Origin: an uncultured Nitrospiraceae bacterium
GTDB lineage: Bacteria; Nitrospirota; Nitrospiria; Nitrospirales; Nitrospiraceae
Direction of reading: 5' to 3'
NCBI GenBank assembly: GCA_963730935.1
Contig: CAVSTP010000004.1
Location: 1,344,001-1,408,000 of the forward strand
DNA length: 64,000 nt
A program made the position numbers and the translations under genes. The notes below the pieces were generated by a model. That model saw only the letters and a program-made list of their open reading frames with translations, was not told the DNA's origin and made no database searches. Of this stretch, positions 51,750-60,965 are shown in pieces (position 1 is the first letter of the stretch; the number at the start of each line of letters is the position of its first letter).

Positions 51750-53011
51750 AACTTGGCAATCAGCAGGGCTGTCCCGTACAGTAAAAGTCCTACAAAACCG
51801 CCCACAACCGCCCCATTGATGCGGATAAACTGCAGATCCGTCCCGACCTCCCGCTCGATCGTGTCCACCATATGAACGACGGACCAGTCACGGACCGTGG
51901 CGGTGACCAGCTCCCCGATCCGGTCGCCATGCCTTGTGGCCAGATCGATCACAAAATCTTGTAATCCGCGCTGCAACAGCGACACGAATTCTGGATCCGT
52001 TCTTAGCGTCTCGCCGAGCCCGGCCAAGGCCTCGCCGAGATAGGCGCGGATCTCCGACTCCTCGTGCCTCAGATCCGCCAGCAGCCACTGTTTCAAACTG
52101 TCCCAGGAATCGTTGATGAATTGCAGCAAGACCTCATAGCCCAACAGCTTCTCCTTCATGGACGCTTCCCGCTGCAAGGCCTGTTCGGAATGCATCAGCC
52201 ATTGCGCCGCCGCCTCGAGACGCTCGATCAACCGCTGCCTGAATGGATCATTGGCATCATCTTGCATATCCCTTAACAGCGAGAGAAACCAGTCGACGAG
52301 CTTCTCAGCTACCTTCTCATCAAGCCGGACGAGACTGAGCAGCCGGGACCAGGGCAGTTTGTCGGCGATGAGACTGGACAACTGACCTCGATGGGCTTCC
52401 ACCGACTCGCTCACGAGGGTCAGGGCGTCGTTCAGCAACCGGTCTCGTTGAGTGCTTTGCAGAAAACCGGACAGCATCTGTCCGATCACCGGCGAGAGGT
52501 GGAGTCCGCGCAGCGTGTTGGTCGCGAGATGCCGGATGAACTGCTGCATCGCGCGATCTTCCGACGCCGCGACCATGCGGCCCAGGAGGCGTGCCGCTTC
52601 CTGAGTCAGCGCCTGCCTCCGGCTCGGATCGAGTAGCACCGTTGTCAACTCGTCCGGAATGCGCCACGACTCGATCAGCTTCCCGATGGCGTCAGGGGTC
52701 AGAAGCTGGCGCTGCGTCAGGCTGCCGAGTCGGGAGGCGATACGCTCCTTGTTTCGGGGAATGATCTGCGTGTGTGGAATCGGCAGACCGAGCGGCCGCC
52801 GAAACAGCGCCGTGACGGCATACCAGTCGGCGAGCGCACCGACCATGGCCGCCTCCGCAAAGGCCCGGACCCACCCTAGCGCCGGATACTTCTGCTCCCA
52901 GACCAGCGAAGCCACAAACAGGACGGCCATGCATACTAGCAATCCTGTCGCGATCACACGGGCTCGCAGGTACTGACGTTCAAAAGCATCACGCGGGATA
53001 TCGCTGATCAT
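51746..53011 (-). CDS. DUF445-family membrane-anchored protein
   Basis: EAAMVGALADWYAVTALFR.PLGLPIPHT; DLQFIRINGAVVGG. Confidence 0.9.
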   Translation of the reverse strand: MISDIPRDAFERQYLRARVIATGLLVCMAVLFVASLVWEQKYPALGWVRAFAEAAMVGALADWYAVTALFRRPLGLPIPHTQIIPRNKERIASRLGSLTQRQLLTPDAIGKLIESWRIPDELTTVLLDPSRRQALTQEAARLLGRMVAASEDRAMQQFIRHLATNTLRGLHLSPVIGQMLSGFLQSTQRDRLLNDALTLVSESVEAHRGQLSSLIADKLPWSRLLSLVRLDEKVAEKLVDWFLSLLRDMQDDANDPFRQRLIERLEAAAQWLMHSEQALQREASMKEKLLGYEVLLQFINDSWDSLKQWLLADLRHEESEIRAYLGEALAGLGETLRTDPEFVSLLQRGLQDFVIDLATRHGDRIGELVTATVRDWSVVHMVDTIEREVGTDLQFIRINGAVVGGFVGLLLYGTALLIAKL

Positions 53012-53201
53012 GAAACACCTCTCTCCTGTTTTCGCATAAGGTGAATGTTCTCCCTTGTGTCCCTCTGGAGCCTCATGTAAGTTACGCCCGCTGTTGAACG
53101 TAGAGCGTCTGTTGTAGCAGTCTTTCCATGTCCCGCCGATCGACCCCCTCAGATTCTGATCATTCGACGTTGAGTGTTGGTTCGCCCGCGAGGAACGCTA
53201 G

Positions 53202-53597
53202 ATGATCAGCACATTCGATTTGACGCTACTGGGTAGCCTGGTCTCCGCCGGCGGGCTCGTGTTTCTCAGGCATGGTACATGGCCCTACCCGAGCTGGTCT
53301 TTACTTGGAATCGGCAAGCGGCCGTTCGAACTCTCGGCGGAAAGCAGCCACCAACATGCACGGTCGACGGCGCTCGCCGGCGTCCGATGGCTGACGGTCG
53401 GCGTCCTGACTCTCTTCATCGCCTACGTCCGCGGCGCGGAGGAAGGCTACCTGTTCAGTCCATGGAGCGACGTCATGTTCCACCTCATCTTCGTGTCTAC
53501 TTGCTGGGCCACAACGGCGTTTCGCATGAAACACGCAGCCGAACGGGCGAGCGCGGTCGTCCTCACCCATACCTCGCCCAGCCAAGCCAGCAGCTGA
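53202..53597 (+). CDS. Hypothetical membrane protein
   Basis: Three hydrophobic segments; GAGG RBS. Confidence 0.6.
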   Translation: MISTFDLTLLGSLVSAGGLVFLRHGTWPYPSWSLLGIGKRPFELSAESSHQHARSTALAGVRWLTVGVLTLFIAYVRGAEEGYLFSPWSDVMFHLIFVSTCWATTAFRMKHAAERASAVVLTHTSPSQASS

Positions 53598-53619
53598 CAG
53601 CAGACGGCAGATCGAGGCG

Positions 53620-54765
53620 TCACGACGGCGACTTCGTCAACACCCGCTGAAATTCCTGAATCGCTGTGACGACTCCCAGCTGGTTCTGTTGTACCCGGCT
53701 GCCAAGCATGAATACGATGTCCTGACCTAATACTGTGGTCAGCTCGCCAATCCGATCAACTCCTATTCTGCCGCCGACCGCCGGCATCATGGGCACGACA
53801 TGCGCCCAGGGCTGCCGACAGTTCACCGCCACGGAGATGCAGTCTTCCTTCGACATGGTATAGCCGGCATCAAAGCTGGGATAAATGGCCATGTCCGCCC
53901 CGGCCAATCGAGGCAGCAGCGCATACGCCACGGCCGGGGCAAGCCCTCCCCCTTCTCGAGACACGCTGGTCCCGAGAAAGGTCGGATGACTTGCAATAGG
54001 AACCGCCAGCGCCTCATCGACTGCGAGCGCACGCAGCCCATCGAAGCCGGTCACCCCTGGAGCGACCAACAGACCAGTCGCTCCCAACCGCTTCGCTTCG
54101 CCGGCACGCTGCCGCATCGAATCCCACGCTCCGCTTACATGCGCAAAATAAAGACAGGGCCGCCCTCTCTGCACACTCGCGTCGGAAATCGCTTCGGCAC
54201 AACGAGCGACTCGCTCGTTGAATGGACAGAAGGGTTGATCGAGTAGGGCTTGATCGTCCTTGATCAGATCGGCACCACCAAGCACGAACTGCGCCCCGAG
54301 CTCCGCCAATTTCTTCGGCGAACGCCCCAAGGGCTTGAGGACCGCACAGACCAGCGGCCGATTCGACACGCCGACGGCCTGTCGAAGGCCGGCCAAACCG
54401 TACCGAGGCCCGCGCCAAGACGAGAGAAGCCCGTGTGTCAGCGAAAAAGACAGTAGCCGTACATCCGAGCGCAGACTGCTCGTTCCGAATAACAGATTCA
54501 GGAGATCACTAAGCTCCTTCCCGACGAGGTCGCCTGCATATCGAATCGTGGCTTCGTGGCGACCTGCGGTAAGCGGCCGAAGCTGTTCGAGACGACCGAA
54601 AATCCTGGCGCAAAGCGGAGGCGCAAGGAGATCTGCGTCCGCTTCGATGGTTTGATCAAGACAAATGCGCTCGGCCCGCGCTCGAGCTTCGGTCTCCGGC
54701 CCCGGCACTTCATAGACTGCTGTCAGGAACTCTGTTCCCAACGGATCACGTTCTTCAATATTCAT
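53620..54765 (-). CDS. RuBisCO-like protein (form IV)
   Basis: GPRYGLAGLR, RPLVCAVLKP, GGADLIKDDQ, SHP, RLAGAD; lacks the KPK and HR motifs of carboxylating RuBisCO. Confidence 0.9.
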   Translation of the reverse strand: MNIEERDPLGTEFLTAVYEVPGPETEARARAERICLDQTIEADADLLAPPLCARIFGRLEQLRPLTAGRHEATIRYAGDLVGKELSDLLNLLFGTSSLRSDVRLLSFSLTHGLLSSWRGPRYGLAGLRQAVGVSNRPLVCAVLKPLGRSPKKLAELGAQFVLGGADLIKDDQALLDQPFCPFNERVARCAEAISDASVQRGRPCLYFAHVSGAWDSMRQRAGEAKRLGATGLLVAPGVTGFDGLRALAVDEALAVPIASHPTFLGTSVSREGGGLAPAVAYALLPRLAGADMAIYPSFDAGYTMSKEDCISVAVNCRQPWAHVVPMMPAVGGRIGVDRIGELTTVLGQDIVFMLGSRVQQNQLGVVTAIQEFQRVLTKSPS

Positions 54766-54847
54766 GGAAGAACCCTTCTCGTCCTCTCAACCCTATAGCA
54801 GGAATCAAATGCTCTCTCCAAGCTGGCTCACTCTTCCTCCCCTGCAG

Positions 54848-55084
54848 GGTGGATGGTGGAGCTAGCTGCGACTTGGGAGGAGGCGGTTTCCTCACTTGCG
54901 ATTTGCGTGAAGGCTCGGGCACCACACTTGTTGATCAGATGCGACCAGCCGAGGGCTGGCGACGTCGATGTTCGCTGTTCCGTTCATGCGCAGCAACGAA
55001 CGGAACGAGTTTCGGCGTCGAGCAGATGAGCAACTTAGTGTGGTCGAGTCGAAGCGCCTGTGCAGGTGGAACACCGTCTCCTCC
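54848..55084 (-). repeat. Divergent inverted copy E of the structured repeat
   Basis: Minus strand reads AACTCGTTCCGT...GAACGGAAC..AACA..TCGCCA...CAAGTCGC..CCACCATCCACC. Confidence 0.65.
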
Positions 55085-55124
55085 TCGCTTCCCGCCTCTC
55101 TTTCAGTTATCATGCGCCACCTCA

Positions 55125-57131
55125 ATGTTGACGCACGACGACCAGCCCGTCGTCCCAGCCGCCGTCACGCTTCCTGAAATCACCGTCAAAGCGGTCGTCC
55201 TGTCCGTGATTCTGGCGGCAGTTCTGGCTGCCGCCAACGCTTACCTGGGTCTCTTCGCCGGCATGACCGTGTCCGCGTCCATTCCGGCCGCGGTCGCCTC
55301 GATGGCGATTCTTCGCCTCTTCAAACGGTCCAACATTCTCGAAAACAACATCATCCAGACGGCTGCCTCCTCAGGCGAAGCGCTGGCCGCCGGCGTGATC
55401 TTCACGATTCCAGCGTTACTGCTCGTCGGCTATTGGTCCGCCTTCGACTACTGGCAGACCGCTTCGATTGCGACGGTCGGCGGCTTGCTGGGCGTGCTCT
55501 TCACGATTCCGTTACGGCGCGCGCTGATTGTCACGGCGCGCCTGAGATTCCCCGAAGGCGTGGCAACCGCCGAAGTCCTCAAGGTCGCGGCCCCCGCTGA
55601 AACTGAGGTCGTCGAGCGAATCCACGCGGCGCCAACTCAAGCGGCCGGCGATTTCAGGACGCTACTTTCCGCCGCCCTCTTGGGCGGTGCGGTGAAGTTC
55701 GGCGAGAGCGGATTGCGCCTCTGGGCGGAATCCCTCGAAGGCGCAGCCAACATCAGCCGCACTGTACTCTATGCCGGGCTCAACCTCTCGCCTGCCCTGC
55801 TCGCCGTCGGATTCATCATCGGCTTGAATACGGCTGTCGTGGTCTTCCTCGGCGGCCTCATCGGATGGGTGATGCTGATGCCGGTCTATGGGCTCATCGA
55901 CGGCCTGCCGCCGGGTAAGACCGGCCTGGCCGCGGCGATGACGATCTGGAGCGGCCAGATCCGCTACGTCGGCATCGGCGCCATGCTCACCGGTGGCCTT
56001 TGGACGTTGACGAAACTCCGCGAGCCGGTGTGGAAAAGTCTCGAAACGCTGCGTGACAGCTATCGCGCAGCTGGATCATCCACCCCAGCCGCCATACCGA
56101 GGACGGAACAGGATGCGCCGCTTCCCTGGATCGTCGTTCCGTTTGTCTTGGCGCTGCTCCCGATGGCCTGGATCTATACGACGGTCGTCAGCAGCGTGCC
56201 CATCGGCCTCATGATGACGGCCATCATGGCGCTTGCGGCCTTCCTCTTCTCTTCGGTCGCCGCCTACATGGCCGGGCTGGTGGGCAGCTCCAGCAATCCG
56301 GTGTCCGGCGTGACCATTGCGACCATTATGGTCGCCTCGCTCCTTCTCGTGCTGTTCATGGGCGCCGGGCATCCGGCCGGGCCGGCGGCCACGCTCGTGA
56401 TTGGCGCGGTTGTCTGCTGCGCTGCGGCCATGGGAGGCGACAATCTGCAGGATCTCAAGACGGGTCACTTGGTCGGGGCAACGCCCTGGAAGCAGCAAAT
56501 CATGCAAGTGGTCGGCGTGCTGACCGGTGCGGTCGTCCTTGTCCCCGTACTGTCTCTGTTGCAAGCCAAGTACGGGATCGGCGAGCCCACGGCCGGCCAT
56601 CTGCATCCCTTGAGCGCCCCCCAGGCCACGTTGATGGCGAGCCTCACGCGCAGCGTTTTCGGCGCAGGCCTGCCTTGGTCGCTCGTCGGCTTGGGGATGC
56701 TGATCGGCATCCTCGTGATTCTCGCGGATCGTCGTCTGGAAGCACGCGGCAGCGAATTCCGACTGCCCGTTCTCGGTGTGGCGCTCGGTATCTACCTGCC
56801 GCTCAAGCTATCGGCGACGATTTTCTTGGGCGGCATGATCGCCGCCCTGGCCAACAGAGCGGCAGCAAGAAGCGACGAGCCGCCGCGGCGCGGTCTGCTG
56901 TTCGCGGCAGGACTGATCACTGGGGAAGCGCTCATGGGTATCGTATTGGCGATCCCCATCGCACTCGGGGCCTTCTGGCCTGGCCTCAGTCCCGATCCGT
57001 TCCTGCTGTTCGAGGCGCCTCCGCTCGGCGGCTGGCCCGGCATTGTGATCGTGGCGGTGGTGGGGTGGCTGCTCTACGTGACAGCCAGGGAACCTTCCAG
57101 GAGGACAAAACGCGGTGTGGGTGTAGGATGA
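55125..57131 (+). CDS. OPT-family oligopeptide transporter
   Basis: NAYLGL.AGMTVSASIPAAV, ENNIIQT, FPEG, SSNPVSG, LQDLKTG, APQATLM. Confidence 0.95.
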   Translation: MLTHDDQPVVPAAVTLPEITVKAVVLSVILAAVLAAANAYLGLFAGMTVSASIPAAVASMAILRLFKRSNILENNIIQTAASSGEALAAGVIFTIPALLLVGYWSAFDYWQTASIATVGGLLGVLFTIPLRRALIVTARLRFPEGVATAEVLKVAAPAETEVVERIHAAPTQAAGDFRTLLSAALLGGAVKFGESGLRLWAESLEGAANISRTVLYAGLNLSPALLAVGFIIGLNTAVVVFLGGLIGWVMLMPVYGLIDGLPPGKTGLAAAMTIWSGQIRYVGIGAMLTGGLWTLTKLREPVWKSLETLRDSYRAAGSSTPAAIPRTEQDAPLPWIVVPFVLALLPMAWIYTTVVSSVPIGLMMTAIMALAAFLFSSVAAYMAGLVGSSSNPVSGVTIATIMVASLLLVLFMGAGHPAGPAATLVIGAVVCCAAAMGGDNLQDLKTGHLVGATPWKQQIMQVVGVLTGAVVLVPVLSLLQAKYGIGEPTAGHLHPLSAPQATLMASLTRSVFGAGLPWSLVGLGMLIGILVILADRRLEARGSEFRLPVLGVALGIYLPLKLSATIFLGGMIAALANRAAARSDEPPRRGLLFAAGLITGEALMGIVLAIPIALGAFWPGLSPDPFLLFEAPPLGGWPGIVIVAVVGWLLYVTAREPSRRTKRGVGVG

Positions 57132-57164
57132 AGGAAGAGTGATCTTTCCATTGTGAGGTGGCTT

Positions 57165-57344
57165 ATGTTCGACACTCTGCTCGGCAGCCTTATCATCCTT
57201 TCCTCCACCCTGGCGATTATTGTCGTCTTGGCCCTCTTCCTGACGGCGCTGCTCAGGTGGATGTTCCTGACAGATGAGGAGGCGGCTGAAACGACAACGG
57301 TATATGAGCCGTCAACGGACTATCCGTTACGGAAGGCAGCCTAA
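57165..57344 (+). CDS. Single-TM microprotein ending RKAA
   Basis: GAGGTG RBS; one long TM; 59 aa. Confidence 0.65.
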   Translation: MFDTLLGSLIILSSTLAIIVVLALFLTALLRWMFLTDEEAAETTTVYEPSTDYPLRKAA

Positions 57345-57476
57345 CTTCGTCGCGACATATCGATTCCAGTCCAATTTTCTGGACTGCTCCGAGTAGGACC
57401 TTTTCCTAAGGAAGCCCCTAGCGTGACAGGTTCGGACGGAGAACTGTGCAGACGAAGCCTGGGAAACAGAAAGAGG

Positions 57477-57869
57477 TCAGACCGGCGCGAATTGGGGATC
57501 CTGAACGTTGAGGATCTCGAAGGCTTCTTCCGCCGTTCGCACGACGCGCAGGTTTGGACGACTGTCCGCCCCCTCCAACTCGAACAACCGCCCCATCCCG
57601 AAGAGATCAGGTGTCGGCGCGATGAAGATGACCGGCCGGCTCGGATCCGGCATAATGGGCTTGGTGCGGGCGAGAGCGCGCATCGTTTGCGGAGAGAAGG
57701 CCACCGCCGTCGCCTCGGAAAAGTCGGTGATGCCGGAGAGCGGGTCGAACCGGGCAACGTTCTCTTGGCCGAAGCGATACATGTTCCTGAGATCGTCATC
57801 CGTCACCCGTCCTAAGAAACGGGCGCGCAGAATCCGATTGGTTGTATCGAAGTCGATCAGGTAGGGCAT
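57477..57869 (-). CDS. STAS/SpoIIAA-like small protein
   Basis: G.VTDDD, ITDFS, FGMGRLFE, VVRTAEEA pattern. Confidence 0.7.
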   Translation of the reverse strand: MPYLIDFDTTNRILRARFLGRVTDDDLRNMYRFGQENVARFDPLSGITDFSEATAVAFSPQTMRALARTKPIMPDPSRPVIFIAPTPDLFGMGRLFELEGADSRPNLRVVRTAEEAFEILNVQDPQFAPV

Positions 57870-58027
57870 CCAGCTGCTTAATTCCTAGTTCCCAGTATGA
57901 GAAGCTTTCGACACAATAGCTGACATCGAATGTAGAATAACACGTTGTGCGTGGATTACTGAAGATATATAGAACTAAGGTAATGTCCTACACGAAGTGG
58001 TGTTGATCACGAGGCAACGAGGAACGT

Positions 58028-58594
58028 ATGGCAGTTGAATCGGTCATGCTCCCCCTGGGAACCACCGCTCCGCCGTTTTTTTTGCCCGACGTCGTGAGCG
58101 GGCAGGTCTATTCGCTCGACTCGTTTCATGGCAAGGACGCCTTGCTGGTCATGTTCATCTGCCGCCATTGTCCGTACGTCAAGCACGTCGAGCAGGAACT
58201 CGCCAAGATCGGCAAGGACTATCAGGAGAAAAAGCTTGGCATCATCGGCATCAGCAGCAATGATCCGGCGACCCATCCGGACGACGCCCCGCACCGGCTC
58301 AAAGAGATGGCCAAACAACTCGACTTTCGTTTTCCATTCTGCTTCGACGAGACGCAAGAGGTCGCCAAGGCCTACAAGGCCGGCTGCACGCCTGACTTTT
58401 ACCTGTTTGATGTCCAGCGGCGATTGGTCTATCGCGGGCAGCTCGACGAGAGCCGTCCCGGCAACAACAAACCGGTGACCGGCCGCGATTTGCGTGGCGC
58501 CATCGACAATGTGCTCGCCGGGAAACCGGTCGATTCCGACCAAAAACCCAGCATCGGCTGCTCTATCAAGTGGAAAGAGGGGCGCGCGGGCTGA
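58028..58594 (+). CDS. Thioredoxin/AhpC-TSA family protein
   Basis: FICRHCPYV, SSND, CTPDFYLFD, SIGCSIKWK. Confidence 0.9.
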   Translation: MAVESVMLPLGTTAPPFFLPDVVSGQVYSLDSFHGKDALLVMFICRHCPYVKHVEQELAKIGKDYQEKKLGIIGISSNDPATHPDDAPHRLKEMAKQLDFRFPFCFDETQEVAKAYKAGCTPDFYLFDVQRRLVYRGQLDESRPGNNKPVTGRDLRGAIDNVLAGKPVDSDQKPSIGCSIKWKEGRAG

Positions 58595-58727
58595 TGATCT
58601 CCCGTGCTCGCCCAACGCGCACACCAGACCAATCGTATTGTTTAGAAAGTCGCTGCTCGTCGAAGCGCGCAGTAGGAGATCATCCAACCCACGCCAAGAA
58701 GAGTGAGTGAGCGAGCAGGCTTGGAAG
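58593..58727 (+). repeat. Related repeat element F (different interior, similar frame and tail)
   Basis: Perfect GATGATCTCC/GGAGATCATC stem; GTGCTCGCCCAACGCGCAC identical at 49405; GAGCGAGC..CTTGGAAG tail. Confidence 0.65.
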
Positions 58728-58755
58728 TTTTATTTATAAGGGCGTGCTCGCTAGG

Positions 58756-59142
58756 TCAGTGTCCGGGAGAAGCAGGCGGCGCGTGTGGTTTTTTTTGACC
58801 CAGTTCGGCCTCAATCTGCGCTATCCTCTCAGCGGCTTGCTGATGTCCCTTCCCCGCAGCCAACCGGTAGTACGTCACCGCCTTATTGAGATCCCTCACA
58901 CCCGCCAGACGGCCCGATTCAAACGCTTCACCCATGCGGTACGCAGCTTCGGGATCTCCGCGATCGGCTTTCTCTGAATCAGACGCATACTGCTGGGCGG
59001 CTTGAGGATCGAGCGGTCGGGGTGCCTGTGCCTCCACTTCATTCGGACTGCCGACCATTGAAACATAGAGTGCCGCGACCATGATTGTGCGAACGTGTCC
59101 CATGGGAGCCTCTGCAGCTGCGCCTAAAATCTGAACATACAT
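58756..59142 (-). CDS. Sel1-like repeat exported protein (start uncertain)
   Basis: GDPEAAYRMG..G..VRDLNKAVTYYRLAAGKGH. Confidence 0.75.
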   Translation of the reverse strand: MYVQILGAAAEAPMGHVRTIMVAALYVSMVGSPNEVEAQAPRPLDPQAAQQYASDSEKADRGDPEAAYRMGEAFESGRLAGVRDLNKAVTYYRLAAGKGHQQAAERIAQIEAELGQKKPHAPPASPGH

Positions 59143-59242
59143 TGGTGTATAGGTTCAAGCTTAGCGAAGCGCAGGCCATGCAGAGCCAGGGTTTATCGAT
59201 CTTGACCAGTGAAGGTGCTAAGCGTACAGTGATGGTCATTCG

Positions 59243-59328
59243 GGCCGCCTTAAGTCTGCGAGGTGGTGGCCATGATCCTCCGTGGAGCACCAATCCATCG
59301 TGATGGACATGGCGAGTGCGGCCTCCTC
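59243..59328. repeat. 86-nt structured direct repeat, copy 1
   Basis: 78/86 identical to 59782..59867. Confidence 0.9.
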
Positions 59329-59513
59329 TCTCCCGCCTTTCATCACAGTCTAACTCCTTTCATTGCTTCTCCGTTGGCTCAACAGTTGCGTCCGCCATAT
59401 GCCGCTTTCCGTCAACCCCGCGTGGCCGTGCGTCATACGGCAGAATCCCATCGGCTGGTCACATGGCTTGTGGAAGAAAGGACTCGCATGTGTGTCATGC
59501 GAGAGAGTGCCTT

Positions 59514-59681
59514 ATGTCATGGATGGACTGGGGAATAGTGGCAGGAATCATCTCGCTGGTCGCCGTGTTGCTGTTTTCTATTCTGACGCTTTATGCGAGA
59601 CCTCAAGGACCTTCGCCCACAGGTAAACGACTAGGGGTCCAGGTGAAGCCCGAACCGCTTGTCCAGCAGCGAGCCGCATAG
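59514..59681 (+). CDS. Single-TM microprotein ending QRAA
   Basis: One TM; 55 aa. Confidence 0.55.
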   Translation: MSWMDWGIVAGIISLVAVLLFSILTLYARPQGPSPTGKRLGVQVKPEPLVQQRAA

Positions 59682-59781
59682 GACGGAACGACAGGGCAGA
59701 TCGGCGGGCGGGCCCAAGTGGTAACACGTTCTGACGTTCAATAGATTGCGGGAAGCCCAATCGTAGCGTACCTACGGTTCT

Positions 59782-59867
59782 GGCCGCCTCGAGTCTAAGA
59801 GGTGGTGGCCATGATCCTCCGTGGAGCAGCGATCCATCGTGATGGACATGGCCAGTGCGGTCTCCTC
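59782..59867. repeat. 86-nt structured direct repeat, copy 2
   Basis: 78/86 identical to 59243..59328. Confidence 0.9.
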
Positions 59868-60001
59868 CCCACGGAAACGTTCTTCCGCAGTGTAGCTGAG
59901 GTAGCCCGTCCGCACCTCGCCGAGATCGCTTCGATCACACCTCATTCCCGCGTACAACCGAATATTTCCTGCCCTGCAGGAACACAAGAAAGGAGGGGCT
60001 T

Positions 60002-60379
60002 ATGAAAGCTCTGATGGGTGCATTCCTTATCGGCACCGCCCTCTGCGGGCTGGCCGTCGTCAGCATGGCCGTGCAAACCAGCTGGGTCGACGAGATCAAC
60101 AATTCGCTGTCGTTCACCGCGGCGAACTATCCCGGCTCCAACTGGGAACCCTATAAACAGAAGTTAGGGATCGTGCATGACGCCGTCGACCGGGGCGACA
60201 ATCAGGCCGTAAAGAAAGAAATGGGGAAATGGTTCAAGATGCTTCGCCAGCGAGACCACGGCATCAATGAAGTCGCTGCGGACGAACTCTACAACTTTTC
60301 GCTGGCGGTGACCCCCATCCAGGAATATGGGATTTCGGTGCCGGCTGGTGGTCCAATTGGTCTTGGTGAAACCTATTAA
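60002..60379 (+). CDS. Exported hypothetical protein
   Basis: AAGGAGG RBS; signal peptide. Confidence 0.75.
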   Translation: MKALMGAFLIGTALCGLAVVSMAVQTSWVDEINNSLSFTAANYPGSNWEPYKQKLGIVHDAVDRGDNQAVKKEMGKWFKMLRQRDHGINEVAADELYNFSLAVTPIQEYGISVPAGGPIGLGETY

Positions 60380-60426
60380 CATCATTCCGTTCAAGAGAAT
60401 GATGCGACGACACTGGAGGTGTTCGT

Positions 60427-60942
60427 ATGAAACGATATCGCGGAAAAGCACTGGTCGGTGTGGCTGTGATGTTCGTATTACTGCTCGCGCCGGTGGGGGC
60501 GGCACAATCGGAGGACATTGTGCTTAATTCGCATTATGGCTTCAGCGGGGTGATCACCAAGATCGAGTCCGGGATGTTGTTCGTCAAGACAGATTCGAGC
60601 TTGCAGCCGAGACCGATCAGCCCCAATAAAGCCGATCGAGTGGGGCTGTACAATGCGAAAGTCGGCGACCCGGTCAACATGCTGGTGGATTCAGGCAATG
60701 TCCTGATCGATGCCTCTGCGACCGATCAGTCTCCCGATCATGTGTTCGTCGTCGGCACAGTCCGCTATTCCGATCCATTCTGGCACGAAATTCAGCTCTC
60801 GACTCCGGAGGGAACGACTACTTATGAGGTGGACTCGTTGGCAGGCAACAAGCTGTCTACCCTTCCGGACGGTGCACCGGTCACGCTGGAACTGGACGCG
60901 GATAACGTGATGATCGACATCCAACGCGGCCAGTCACGCTGA
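60427..60942 (+). CDS. Exported protein with two small beta-barrel-like repeats
   Basis: GGAGGT RBS; signal peptide; two G.PV...D..NV.ID repeats. Confidence 0.75.
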   Translation: MKRYRGKALVGVAVMFVLLLAPVGAAQSEDIVLNSHYGFSGVITKIESGMLFVKTDSSLQPRPISPNKADRVGLYNAKVGDPVNMLVDSGNVLIDASATDQSPDHVFVVGTVRYSDPFWHEIQLSTPEGTTTYEVDSLAGNKLSTLPDGAPVTLELDADNVMIDIQRGQSR

Positions 60943-60965
60943 ATGTCGGCTGACGCGACAGTGGC

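Noticed and set aside
53620..54765. Calvin-cycle RuBisCO
   Set aside because: Short (381 aa), lacks key carboxylase residues, and has no rbcS or prk nearby
59243..59867. 86-nt repeat as a hammerhead ribozyme, or the MVAMILRG ORFs as real genes
   Set aside because: No CTGANGA/GAAA core on either strand; the ORFs diverge right after the repeat and overlap better-supported genes
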